NCBI GenBank assembly: GCA_965644265.1
Contig: OZ286471.1
Coordinates: forward strand, 46,872,001 to 46,936,000
Direction: 5' to 3'
DNA: 64,000 nt
Source of the DNA: Glycera tridactyla
Lineage: Eukaryota
The notes under the pieces are model-generated. The model did not search any database and was not told where the DNA came from. It saw only the letters and a program-made list of their open reading frames with translations. Made by a program: the position numbers and the translations under genes. Of the stretch, positions 39,301 through 54,300 are shown piece by piece. How positions within the stretch are numbered: the first letter of the stretch is position 1; each line of letters starts with the position of its first letter.

Positions 39301-42300
39301 ATTTCAGGCAATCAATAGCTCCTAACTCGCTCGATTATTCAGTTTCACTTTCTACAAAAAATACTACTATCACAGATTGCATGGACTCCATTGCCATCGC
39401 CATGATATATTTCATGGGTCCATTCACTGCATTTTCCAGATGGTTGCTATATACCTACAGTGGGTGGAACTGCCAATGGTGCTAGATGTGTCTTTCCATT
39501 TTTCTACGGAGGTGACAAATACTGGCAATGTACTGTCGTGAAGAACAACAACCGGGCATGGTGTTCTACAACTACCTTCTATGATGTTGACAAACAATGG
39601 GGCAATTGTTTAGGTAGGCAATTTGGTAATAGACTGCTTGTTTTATTGTGAACTCAACTTGTTTCCATGGATTCTCATTTCATACTGAGTGTGCCATGAA
39701 GATATTGAATCTGTGATGCATGTCTATCTTGACCTGAAGTTTGTGAGTTGATTCCGAAGATTCAGAGAGTATTTTCGAAGCAGTTCTTGATGGTACTGAT
39801 AAGTAACTGAGATATTGGTAACCCAAACATTCTTACATCCGATTGTTGATTGTTACTCAATTCAACAGTGTGTGATTATGATATGTAGAATTTCGTTGAA
39901 GCAATTTACACATTCACCAATTGACCATTTCCTGCATACTGCCTGCTCTACATTTTCCTAGATCTCAAATGTGGCGAATCCACCCTTGTTGCATCAACAT
40001 TAGTAACAGAGGCATCCTCATCGGCATCACCCAGGCCAACCATACTTCCAACACAGCAAGTCACTCTACCAGGTAATATACCTCTGGCAGCTATATCATG
40101 AAGTTTCTGGCCATTCTCAAAAAGGCATCAGGTGATGTTATACGAATGCAAAACCATACTACATCTGTCAAAAAAAAGATTGTTTGCCGCTTCTGTGACT
40201 GCATGATCTGGGATTGCCATTTGGAGCCTGTTATCCGAAAATGCACTAGTTCATAAGTGATGGTTAATGTCTCCGGGATGTCACTGAGGCAGATTGGTCA
40301 GCAATAATGACCAATGTCTATCTGTAATTGGTCGGATATTCTTCCCTCCTCTTCCAAACAGTATTTACTCAGCACTCCCTTTGATCTACAATATTGTGGA
40401 ATTGGATACACTGTATCATCCAACAATATGTACTTCAATCTTGAGAAGCCATTCAGTGTCTCTGCAATGCTTCATGCTTCAAACAGAGCGTTTTTTTTGG
40501 ATTAGTTGAAGAATATTGTCCAAAACATATGTAGTTCTCCCCTTTAGGAATTTCAGGCAAGCAATAGCTCCTAACTCGCTCGATTATTCAGTTTCACTTT
40601 CTACAGAAAATACTACTATCACAGATTGCATGGACTCCATTGCCATCGCCATGATATATTTCATGGGTCCATTCACTGCATTTTCCAGATGGTTGCTATA
40701 TACCTACAGTGGGTGGAACTGCCAATGGTGCTAGCTGTGTCTTTCCATTTTTCTACGGAGGTGACAAATACTGGCAATGTACTGTCGTGAAGAACAACAA
40801 CCAGGCATGGTGTTCTACAACTACCTTCTATGATGTTGACAAACAATGGGGCAATTGTTTAGGTAGGCAAGTTGGTAATAGACTGCTAGTTTTATTGTGA
40901 ACTCAACTTGTTTCCATGGATTTTCATTTCATACTGATTGTGCCATGAATATATTGAATTTGTGATGCACGTCAATCTTGACCTGAAGTTTGTGAGTTGA
41001 TTCCGAAGATTCAGAGAGTATCTTTGAAGCAGTCCTGCATGGCAATGATAAGTAACTGAGATAATGGTAACCAAAACATTCTGACATCCGATTGTTGATT
41101 GTTACTCAATTCAACAGTGTGTGATTATGATATGTAGAATTTCGTTGAAGCAATTTACAACTGTCAAATTGAATTGCACATTCACCAATTGACCATTTCC
41201 TGCATACTGCCTGCTCTACATTTTCCTAGATCTCAAATGTGGCGAATCCACCCTTGTTGCATCAACATTAGTAACAGAGGCATCCTCATCGGCATCTCCC
41301 AGGCCAAGCATTCTTCCAACACAGCAAGTCACTCTACCAGGTAATATACCTCTGGCAGCTATATCATGAAGTTTCTGGCCATTCTCAAAAAGGCATCAGG
41401 TGATGTTATACGAATGCAAAACCATACTACATCTGTCAAAAAAAAGATTGTTTGCCGCTTCTGTGACTGCATGATCTGGAATTGCCATTTGGAGCCTGTT
41501 ATCAAAAAATGCACTAGTTCATAAGTGATGGTTAATGTCTCCGGGATGTCACTGAGGCAGAATGGTCAGCAATAATGACCAATGTCTATCTGTAATTGGT
41601 TGCATATTCTTCCCTCCTCTTCCAAACAGTATTTACTCAGCACTCCCTTTGATCTACAATATTGTGTAATTGGATACACTGTATCATCCAACATTATGTA
41701 CTTCAATCTTGAGAAGCCATTTACTATCTCCGCAATACTTCATGCTTCAAACAGACCGCTTTTTTTGGATTAGTTGAAGAATATTGTCCAAAACATATGT
41801 AGTCCTCCCCTTTAGGAATTTCAGGCAATCAATAGCTCCTAACTCGCTCGATTATTCAGTTTCACTTTCTACAGAAAATACTACTATCACAGATTGCATG
41901 GACTCCATTGCCATCGCCATGATATATTACATGGGTCCATTCACTGCATTTTCCAGATGGTTGCTATATACCTACAGTGGGTGGAACTGCCAATGGTGCT
42001 AGCTGTGTCTTTCCATTTTTCTACGGAGGTGACAAATACTGGCAATGTACTGTCGTGAAGAACAACAACCAGGCATGGTGTTCTACAACTACCTTCTATG
42101 ATGTTGACAAACAATGGGGCAATTGTTTAGGTAGGCAAGTTGGTAATAGACTGCTAGTTTTATTGTGAACTCAACTTGTTTCCATGGATTTTCATTTCAT
42201 ACTGATTGTGCCATGAAGATATTGAATCTGTGATGCACGTCTATCTGGACCTGAAGTTTGTGAGTTGATTCCGAAGACTCAGAGAGTATCTTTGAAGCAG

Positions 42301-45300
42301 TCCTGCATGGCAATGATAAGTAACTGAGATAATGGTAACCAAAACATTCTTACATCCGATTGTTGATTGTTACTCAATTCAACAGTGTGTGATTATGATA
42401 TGTAGAATTTCGTTGAAGCAATTTACAACTGTCAAATTGAATTGCACATTCACCAATTGACCATTTCCTGCATACTGCCTGCTCTACATTTTCCTAGATC
42501 TCAAATGTGGCGAATCCACCCTTGTTGCATCAACATTAGTAACAGAGGCATCCTCATCGGCATCTCCCAGGCCAACCATTCTTCCAACACAGCAAGTCAC
42601 TCTACCAGGTAATATACCTCTGGCAGCTATATCATGAAGTTTCTGGCCATTCTCAAAAAGGCATCAGGTGATGTTATACTAATGTAAAACCATACTACAT
42701 CTGTCAAAAAAAAGATTGTGTGCCGCTTCTGTGACTGCATGATCTGGAATTGCCAATTGGAGCCTGTTATCCAAAAATGCACTAGTTCATAAGTGATGGT
42801 TAATGTCTCTGGAATGTCACTGAGGTGAATTGGTCTCCAATAATGACCAATGTCTGTCTGTAATTGGTCGCATATTCTTCCCTCCTCTTCCAGACAGTAT
42901 TTACTCTGCACTCCCTTTGATCAACAATATTTTGGAATTGGATACACTGTATCATCCAACATTATGTACTTCAATCTTGAGAAGCCATTTACTATCTCCG
43001 CAATACTTCATGCTTCAAACAGACCGCTTTTTTTGGATTAGTTGAAGAATATTGTCCAAAACATATGTAGTTCTCCCCTTTAGGAATTTCAGGCAATCAA
43101 TAGCTCCTAACTCGCTCGATTATTCAGTTTCACTTTCTACAGAAAATACTACTATCACAGATTGCATGGACTCCATTGCCATCGCCATGATATATTACAT
43201 GGGTCCATTCACTGCATTTTCCAGATGGTTGCTATATACCTACAGTGGGTGGAACTGCCAATGGTGCTAGCTGTGTCTTTCCATTTTTCTACGGAGGTGA
43301 CAAATACTGGCAATGTACTGTCGTGAAGAACAACAACCAGGCATGGTGTTCTACAACTACCTTCTATGATGTTGACAAACAATGGGGCAATTGTTTAGGT
43401 AGGCAAGTTGGTGATAGACTGCTAGTTTTATTGTGAACTCAACTTGTTTCCATGGATTTTCATTTCATACTGATTGTGCCACGAAGATATTGAATCTGTG
43501 ATGCACGTCTATCTGGACCTGAAGTTTGTGAGTTGATTCCGAAGACTCAGAGAGTATCTTTGAAGCAGTCCTGCATGGCAATGATAAGTAACTGAGATAA
43601 TGGTAACCAAAACATTCTTACATCCGATTGTTGATTGTTACTCAATTCAACAGTGTGTGATTATGATATGTAGAATTTCGTTGAAGCAATTTACAACTGT
43701 CAAATTGAATTGCACATTCACCAATTGACCATTTCCTGCATACTGCCTGCTCTACATTTTCCTAGATCTCAAATGTGGCGAATCCACCCTTGTTGCATCA
43801 ACATTAGTAACAGAGGCATCCTCATCGGCATCTCCCAGGCCAACCATTCTTCCAACACAGCAAGTCACTCTACCAGGTAATATACCTCTGGCAGCTATAT
43901 CATGAAGTTTCTGGCCATTCTCAAAAAGGCATCAGGTGATGTTATACTAATGCAAAACCATACTACATCTGTCAAAAAAAAGATTGTGTGCCGCTTCTGT
44001 GACTGCATGATCTGGAATTGCCAATTGGAGCCTGTTATCCAAAAATGCACTAGTTCATAAGTGATGGTTAATGTCTCTGGAATGTCACTGAGGTGAATTG
44101 GTCTCCAATAATGACCAATGTCTGTCTGTAATTGGTCGCATATTCTTCCCTCCTCTTCCAGACAGTATTTACTCTGCACTCCCTTTGATCAACAATATTT
44201 TGGAATTGGATACACTGTATCATCCAACATTATGTACTTCAATCTTGAGAAGCCATTTACTATCTCCGCAATACTTCATGCTTCAAACAGACCGCTTTTT
44301 TTGGATTAGTTGAAGAATATTGTCCAAAACATATGTAGTTCTCCCCTTTAGGAATTTCAGGCAATCAATAGCTCCTAACTCGCTCGATTATTCAGTTTCA
44401 CTTTCTACAGAAAATACTACTATCACAGATTGCATGGACTCCATTGCCATCGCCATGATATATTACATGGGTCCATTCACTGCATTTTCCAGATGGTTGC
44501 TATATACCTACAGTGGGTGGAACTGCCAATGGTGCTAGCTGTGTCTTTCCATTTTTCTACGGAGGTGACAAATACTGGCAATGTACTGTCGTGAAGAACA
44601 ACAACCAGGCATGGTGTTCTACAACTACCTTCTATGATGTTGACAAACAATGGGGCAATTGTTTAGGTAGGCAAGTTGGTAATAGACTGCTAGTTTTATT
44701 GTGAACTCAACTTGTTTCCATGGATTTTCATTTCATACTGATTGTGCCATGAATATATTGAATTTGTGATGCACGTCAATCTTGACCTGAAGTTTGTGAG
44801 TTGATTCCGAAGATTCAGAGAGTATCTTTGAAGCAGTCCTGCATGGCAATGATAAGTAACTGAGATAATGGTGACCAAAATATTCTTACATCCGATTGTT
44901 GATTGTTACTCAATTCAACAGTGTGTGATTATGATATGTAGAATTTCGTTGAAGCAATTTACAACTGTCAAATTGAATTGCACATTCACCAATTGACCAT
45001 TTCCTGCATACTGCCTGCTCTACATTTTCCTAGATCTCAAATGTGGCGAATCCACCCTTGTTGCATCAACATTAGTAACAGAGGCATCCTCATCGGCATC
45101 TCCCAGGCCAAGCATTCTTCCAACACAGCAAGTCACTCTACCAGGTAATATACCTCTGGCAGCTATATCATGAAGTTTCTGGCCATTCTCAAAAAGGCAT
45201 CAGGTGATGGTATACTAATGGAAACCATACTACATCTGTCAAAAAAAAGATTGTTTGCCGCTTCTGTGACTGCATGATCTGGAATTGCCAATTGGAGCCT

Positions 45301-48300
45301 GTTATCCAAAAATGCACTAGTTCATAAGTGATGGTTAATGTCTCTGGAATGTCACTGAGGTGAATTGGTCTCCAATAATGACCAATGTCTGTCTGTAAAT
45401 GGTCGCATATTCTTCCCTCCTCTTCCAGACAGTATTTACTCTGCACTCCCTTTGATCAACAATATTTTGGAATTGGATACACTGTATCATCCAACATTAT
45501 GTACTTCAATCTTGAGAAGCCATTTACTATCTCCGCAATACTTCATGCTTCAAACAGACCGCTTTTTTTGGATTAGTTAAAGAATATTGTCCAAAACATA
45601 TGTAGTTCTCCCCTTTAGGAATTTCAGGCAATCAATAGCTCCTAACTCGCTCGATTATTCAGTTTCACTTTCTACAGAAAATACTTCTATCACAGATTGC
45701 ATGGACTCCATTTCCATCGCCATGATATATTTCATGGGTCCATTCACTGCATTTTCCAGATGGTTGCTATATACCTACAGTGGGTGGAACAGCCAATGGT
45801 GCTAGCTGTGTCTTTCCATTTTTCTACGGAGGTGACAAATACTGGCAATGTACTGTCGTGAAGAACAACAACCGGGCATGGTGTTCGACAACTACCTTCT
45901 ATGATGTTGACAAACAATGGGGCAATTGTTTAGGTAGGCTAGTTGGTAATAGACTGCTAGTTTTGTTGTGAACTTAACTTGTTTCCATGGATTTTCATTT
46001 CATACTGATTGTGCCATGAAGATATTGAATCTGTGATGCACGTCTATCTGGACCTGAAGTTTGTGAGTTGATTCCGAAGACTCAGAGAGTATCTTTGAAG
46101 CAGTCCTGCATGGCAATGATAAGTAACTGAGATAATGGTAACCAAAACATTCTTACATCCGATTGTTGATTGTTACTCAATTCAACAGTGTGTGATTATG
46201 ATATGTAGAATTTCGTTGAAGCAATTTACAACTGTCAAATTGAATTGCACATTCACCAATTGACCATTTCCTGCATACTGCCTGCTCTACATTTTCCTAG
46301 ATCTCAAATGTGGCGAATCCACCCTTGTTGCATCAACATTAGTAACAGAGGCATCCTCATCGGCATCTCCCAGGCCAACCATTCTTCCAACACAGCAAGT
46401 CACTCTACCAGGTAATATACCTCTGGCAGCTATATCATGAAGTTTCTGGCCATTCTCAAAAAGGCATCAGGTGATGTTATACTAATGCAAAACCATACTA
46501 CATCTGTCAAAAAAAAGATTGTGTGCCGCTTCTGTGACTGCATGATCTGGAATTGCCAATTGGAGCCTGTTATCCAAAAATGCACTAGTTCATAAGTGAT
46601 GGTTAATGTCTCTGGAATGTCACTGAGGTGAATTGGTCTCCAATAATGACCAATGTCTGTCTGTAATTGGTCGCATATTCTTCCCTCCTCTTCCAGACAG
46701 TATTTACTCTGCACTCCCTTTGATCAACAATATTTTGGAATTGGATACACTGTATCATCCAACATTATGTACTTCAATCTTGAGAAGCCATTTACTATCT
46801 CCGCAATACTTCATGCTTCAAACAGACCGCTTTTTTTGGATTAGTTGAAGAATATTGTCCAAAACATATGTAGTTCTCCCCTTTAGGAATTTCAGGCAAT
46901 CAATAGCTCCTAACTCGCTCGATTATTCAGTTCCACTTTCTACAGAAAATACTACTATCACAGATTGCATGGACTCCATTGCCATCGCCATGATATATTT
47001 CATGGGTCCATTCACTGCATTTTCCAGATGGTTGCTATATACCTACAGTGGGTGGAACTGCCAATGGTGCTAGATGTGTCTTTCCATTTTTCTACGGAGG
47101 TGACAAATACTGGCAATGTACTGTCGTGAAGAACAACAACCGGGCATGGTGTTCTACAACTACCTTCTATGATGTTGACAAACAATGGGGCAATTGTTTA
47201 GGTAGGCAAGTTGGTAATAGACTGCTAGTTTTGTTGTGAACTCAACTTGTTTCCATGGATTTTCATTTCATACTGATTGTGCCATGAATATATTGAATTT
47301 GTGATGCACGTCAATCTTGACCTGAAGTTTGTGAGTTGATTCCGAAGATTCAGAGAGTATCTTCGAAGCAGTTCCTGATGGCACTGATAAGTAACTGAGA
47401 TATTGGTAACCAAAACATTCTTACATCAGATCGTTGATTGTTACTCAATTCAACAGTGTGTGATTATGATATGTAGAATTTCGTTGAAGCAATTTACACA
47501 TTCACCAATTGACCATTTCCTGCATACTGCCTGCTCTACACTTTCCTAGATCTCAAATGTGGCGAATCCACCCTTGTTGCATCAACATTAGTAACAGAGG
47601 CATCCTCATCGGCATCACCCAGGCCAACCATACTTCCAACACAGCAAGTCACTCTACCAGGTAATATACCTCTGGCAGCTATATCATGAAGTTTCTGGCC
47701 ATTCTCAAAAAGGCATCAGGTGATGTTATACGAATGCAAACCCATACTACATCTGTCAAAAAAAAGATTGTTTGCCGCTTCTGTGACTGCGTGATCTGGA
47801 ATTGCCATTTGGAGCCTGTTATCCAAAAATGCACGAGTTCATAAGTGACGGTTAATATCTCTGGAATGTCACTGAGGCTAATTGGTCACCAATAATGACC
47901 AATGTCTGTCTGTAATTGGTCGCATATTCTTCCCTCTTCCAAACAGTATTTACTCAGCACTCTCTTTGATCTACAATATTGTGGAATTGGATACACTGTA
48001 TCATCCAACAATATGTACTTCAATCTTGAGAAGCCATTCAGTATCTCCGCAATGCTTCATGCTTCAAACAGACCGTTTTTTTGGATTATTTAAAGAATAT
48101 TGTCCAAAACATATGTAGTTCTCCCCTTTAGGAATTTCAGGCAAGCAATAGCTCCTAACTCGCTCGATTATTCAGTTTCCCTTTCTACAGAAAATACCAC
48201 TATCACAGATTGCATGGACTCCATTGCCATCGCCATGATATATTTCATGGGTCCATTCACTGCATTTTCCAGATGGTTGCTACATACCTACAGTGGGTGG

Positions 48301-51300
48301 AACTGCCAATGGTGCTAGCTGTGTCTTTCCATTTTTCTACGGAGGTGACAAATACTGGCAATGTACTGTCGTGAAGAACAACAACCAGGCATGGTGTTCT
48401 ACAACTACCTTCTATGATGTTGACAAAAAATGGGGCAATTGTTTAGGTAGGCAAGTTGGTGATAGACTGCTAGTTTTGTTGTGAACTCAACTTGTTTCCA
48501 TGGATTTTCATTTCATACTGATTGTGCCATGAATATATTGAATTTGTGAAGCACGTCTATCTGGACCTGAAGTTTGTGAGTTGATTCCGAAGATTCAGAG
48601 AGTATCTTCGAAGCAGTCCTTGATGGCACTGATAAGTAACTGAGATATTGGTAACCAAAACATTCTTACATCAGATCGTTGATTGTTACTCAATTCAACA
48701 GTGTGTGATTATGATATGTAGAATTTCGTTGAAGCAATTTACACATTCACCAATTGACCATTCCCTGCATACTGCCTGCTCTACATTTTCCTAGATCTCA
48801 AATGTGGCGAATCCACCCTTGTTGCATCAACATTAGTAACAGAGGCATCCTCATCGGCATCACCCAGGCCAACCATACTTCCCACACAGCAAGTAACTCT
48901 ACCAGGTAATATACCTCTGGCAGCTATATCATGAAATTTCTGGTCATTCCCAAAAAGGCATCAGTTGATGTGATACGAATGCAAAACCATACTACATCTG
49001 TCAAAAAAAAGATTGTTTGCCGCTTCTGTGACTGCATGATCGGGAATTGCCATTCGGAGCCTGTTATCCAAAAATGCACTAGTTCATAAGTGATGGTTAA
49101 TATCTCTGGAATGTCACTGAGGTGAATTGGTCACCGATAATGACCAATGTCTATCTGTAATTGGTCGCATATTCTTCCCTCCTCTTCCAAACAGTATTCA
49201 CTCAGCACTCCCTTTGATCTACAATATTGTGGAATTGGATACACTGTATCATCCAACATTATGTACTTCAATCTTGAGGAGCCATTTAGTATCTCCGCAA
49301 TACTTCATGCTTCAAACAGACCGCTTTTTTTGGATTAGTTAAAGAATATTGTCCAAAACTTATGTAGTTCTCCCCTTTAGGAATCCAGGCAATCAATAGC
49401 TCCTAACTCGCTCGATTATTCAGTTTCACTTTCTACAGAAAATACTACTATCACAGATTGCATGGACTCCATTTCCATCGCCATGATATATTTCATGGGT
49501 CCATTCACTGCATTTTCCAGATGGTTGCTATATACCTACAGTGGGTGGAACTGCCAATGGTGCTAGATGTGTCTTTCCATTTTTCTACGGAGGTGACAAA
49601 TACTGGCAATGTACTGTCGTGAAGAACAACAACCAGGCATGGTGTTCTACAACTACCTTCTATGATGTTGACAAAAAATGGGGCAATTGTTTAGGTAGGC
49701 AAGTTGGTAATAGACTGCTAGTTTTGTTGTGAACTCAACTTGTTTCCATGGATTTTCATTTCATACTGATTTGCCATGAATATATTGAATTTGTGATGCA
49801 CGTCAATCTTGACCTGAAGTTTGTGAGTTGATTCCAAAGATTCAGAGAGTATCTTTGAAGCAGTCCTGTGTGGCACTGATAAGTTACTGAGATATCTGTA
49901 ACCGGAACATTCTTACATCAGATTGTTGATTGTTACTCAATTCACCAGTGTGTGATTATGATATGTAGAATTTCGTTGAAGCAATTTACAACTGTCAAAT
50001 TGAATTGCACATTCACCAATTGACCATTTCCTGCATACTGCCTGCTCTACATTTTCCTAGATCTCAAATGTGGCGAATCCACCCTTGTTGCATCAACATT
50101 AGTAACAGAGGCATCCTCATCGGCATCACCCAGGCCAACCATACTTCCAACACAGCAAGTCACTCTACCAGGTAATATACCTCTGGCAGCTATATCATGA
50201 AGTTTCTGGCCATTCTCAAAAAGGCATCAGGTGATGTTATACGAATGCAAACCGATACTACATCTGTCAAAAAAAAGATTGTTTGCCGCTTCTGTGACTG
50301 CATGATCGGGAATTGCCATTTGGAGCCTGTAATCCAAAAATGCACTAGTTCATAAGTGATAGTCAATGTCTCTGGAATGTCACTGAGGTGAATTGGTCAC
50401 CAATGATGACCAATGTCTATCTCTAATTGGTCGCAGATTCTTCCCTCCTCTTCCAAACAGTATTCACTTGGCACTCCCTTTGATCTACAACATTGTGGAA
50501 TTGGATAAACTGTATCATCCAACATTATGCACTTCAATCTTGAAAAGCCATTTTGTATCTCCGCAATACTTCATGCTTCAAACAGACCGCTTTTTTGGAT
50601 TGGTTATGGAATATTGTCCAAAACATGTGTAGTTCTCCCTTCTCGGAATTTCTGGCAATCAATAGCTCCTAACTCGCTCGATTTATCAGTTTCACTTTCT
50701 ACAGAAAATACAACTCGCTTGATTTATCAGTTTCACTTTCTACAGAAAATACAACCATCACAGATTGCATGCACTCCATTGCCATCTCCATGATATATTT
50801 CATGGGTTAAATCACTGCATTTTTCAGATGGTTGCTATATTCCTACAGTTGGTGGAACTGCCAATGGTGCTAGCTGTGTCTTTCCATTTTTCTACGGAGG
50901 TGACAAATACTGGCAATGTACTGTCGTGAAGAACAACAACCGGGCATGGTGTTCTACAACTACCTTCTATGATGTTGACAAAAAATGGGGCAATTGTTTA
51001 GGTAGGCAAGTTGGTAATAGACTGCTAGGTTCGTCGTGAACTCAACTTGTTACTGTGGATTCTAATTTCATGCTGAGTGTGCCATGAATATATTGAATTT
51101 GTGATGCACATATATCTGGACCTGAAGTTTGTGAGTTGATTCCGAAAGTTCAGAGAGTATCTTTGGAGCAGTCCTGCATGGCACTGATGATTAACTGAGA
51201 TAATGGTGACCGAAACATTCTCACATCCGATCGTTGATTGTTACTCGATTCAACAGTGTGTTATTATTTATATGTAGAATCTCATTGGAGCAATTTGCAA

Positions 51301-54300
51301 CTGTCAAATTGAATTGCACATTCACCAATTGACCATTTTCTGCATACTACCTGCTCTACATTTTCCTAGATCTCAAATGTGGCGAATCCACCCTTGTTGC
51401 ATCAACATTAGTAACAGAGGCATCCTCATCGGCATCACCCAGGCCAACCATACTTCCAACACAGCAAGTCACTCTACCAGGTAATATACCTCTGGCACCT
51501 ATATCATGAAGTTTCTGGCCATTCTCACAAATGCATCAGGTGATAATATACGAACGCAAACCCATATTACATCAGTCAAAAAACAGTTTGTTTGCCCCTC
51601 CTGTGACTGCATGATCTGGAATTGCCATGTTGAGCCTGTTATCCAAAAATGCACTAGTTCATAAGTGATAGTCAATGTCTCTGGAATGTCACTGAGGTGA
51701 ATTGGTCACCGATAATGACCAATGTCTATGTGTAATTGGTCGCAGATTCTTCCCTCCTCTTCCAAACAGTATTCACTCGGCACTCCCTTTGATCTACAAC
51801 ATTGTGGAATTGGATAAACTGTATCATCCAACATTATGCACTTCTATCTTGAAAAGCCATTTTGTATCTCTGCAATACTTCATGCTTCAAACAGACCGCT
51901 TTTTTGGATTGGTTATGGAATATTGTCCAAAACATGTGTAGTTCTCCCTTCTCGGAATTTCAGGCAATCAATAGCTCCTAACTCGCTCGATTTATCAGTT
52001 TCACTTTCTACAGAAAATACAACCATCACAGATTGCGTGGACTCCATTGCCTTATCCATGATATATTTCATGGGTTTATTCACTGCATTTTCCAGATGGT
52101 TGCTATATACCTACAGTGGGTGGAACTGCCAATGGTGCTAGCTGTGTCTTTCCATTTTTCTACGGAGGTGACAAATACTGGCAATGTACTGTCGTGAAGA
52201 ACAACAACCGGGCATGGTGTTCTACAACTACCTTCTATGATGTTGACAAAAAATGGGGCAATTGTTTAGGTAGGCAAGTTGGTAATAGACTGCTTGTTTT
52301 GTTGTGAACTCAACTTGTTACTTGGAATTTTAATTTCATGCTGAGTGTTCCATGAATATATTGAATTTGTGATGCACGTCAATCTTGACCTGAAGTTTGT
52401 GAGTTGATTCCAAAGATTCAGAGAGTATCTTTGAAGCAGTCCTGTGTGGCACTGATAAGTAACTGAGATATCCATAACCAAAACATTCTTACATCAGATT
52501 GTTGATTGTTACTCAATTCACCAGTGTGTGATTATGATGTGTAGAATTTCGTTGAAGCAATTTACAACTGTCAAATTGAATTGCACATTCACCAATTGAC
52601 TATTTCCTGCATACTGCCTGCTCTACATTTTCCTAGATCTCAAATGTGGCGAATCCACCCTTGTTGCATCAACATTAGTAACAGAGGCATCCTCATCGGC
52701 ATCACCCAGGCCAACCATACTTCCAACACAGCAAGTCACTCTACCAGGTAATATACCTCTGGCAGCTATATCATGAAGTTTCTGGCCATTCTCAAAAAGG
52801 CATCAGGTGATTTTATACGAATGCAAACCGATACTACATCTGTCAAAAAAAAGATTGTTTGCCGCTTCTGTGACTGCATGATCGGGAATTGCCATTTGGA
52901 GCCTGTTATCCAAAAATGCACTAGTTCATAAGTGATGGTTAATATCTCTGGAATGTCACTGAGGCAAATTGGTCACCAATGATGACCAATGTCTATCTGC
53001 AATTGGTCGCATATTCTTCCCTCCTCTTCCAAACAGTATTCACTCAGCACTCCCTTTGATCTACAATATTGTGGAATTGGATACACTCTATCATCCAACA
53101 TTATGTACTTCAATCTTGAGGAGCCATTTAGTATCTCCACAATACTTCATGCTTCAAACAGACCGCTTTTTTGGATTAGTTAAAGAATATTGTCCAAAAC
53201 TTATGTAGTTCTCCCCTTTAGGAATCCAGGCAATCAATAGCTCCTAACTCGCTCGATTATTCAGTTTCACTTTATACAGAAAATACTACTATCACAGATT
53301 GCATGGACTCCATTGCCATCGCCATGATATATTTCATGGGTCCATTCACTGCATTTTCCAGATGGTTGCTATATACCTACAGTGGGTGGAACTGCCAATG
53401 GTGCTAGCTGTGTCTTTCCATTTTTCTACGGAGGTGACAAATACTGGCAATGTACTGTCGTGAAGAACAACAATCAGGCATGGTGTTCTACAACTACCTT
53501 CTATGATGTTGACAAAAAATGGGGCAATTGTTTAGGTAGGCAAGTTGGTAATAGACTGCTTGTTTTGTTGTGAACTCAACTTGTTTCCATGGATTTTCAT
53601 TTCATACTGATTGTGCCATGAATATATTGAATTTGTGATGCACGTCAATCTTGACCTGAAGTTTGTGAGTTGATTCCGAAGATTCAGAGAGTATCTTCGA
53701 AGCAGTCCTGCATGGCACTGATAAGTAACTGAGATATCTGTAACCGGAACATTCTTACATCCGATTGTTGATTGTTACTCAATTCAACAGTGTGTGATTA
53801 TGATATGTAGAATTTCGTTGAAGCAAGTAACAACTGTCAAATTGAATTGCACATTCACCAATTGACTATTTCCTGCATACTGCCTGCTCTACATTTTCCT
53901 AGATCTCAAATGTGGCGAATCCACCCTTGTTGCATCGACATTAGTAACAGAGGCATCCTCATCGGCATCACCCAGGCCATCCATACTTCCCACACAGCAA
54001 GTCACTCTACCAGGTAATATACCTCTGGCAGCTATATCATGAAGTTTCTGGCCATTCTCTAAAGGCATTAGGTGATTTCATACAAATGCAAACCCATACT
54101 ACATCTGTCACAAAAAAGATTGCTTGTTGCTTCTGTGACTGCATGATCTGGAATTGCCATTTGGAGCCTGTTATCCAAAAATGCACTAGTTCATAAGTGA
54201 TGGTTAATATCTCTGGAATGTCACTGATGTGAATTGGTCACCAATAATGACCAATGTCTGTCTGTAATTGGTCGCATATTCTTCCCTCCTCTTCCAAACA

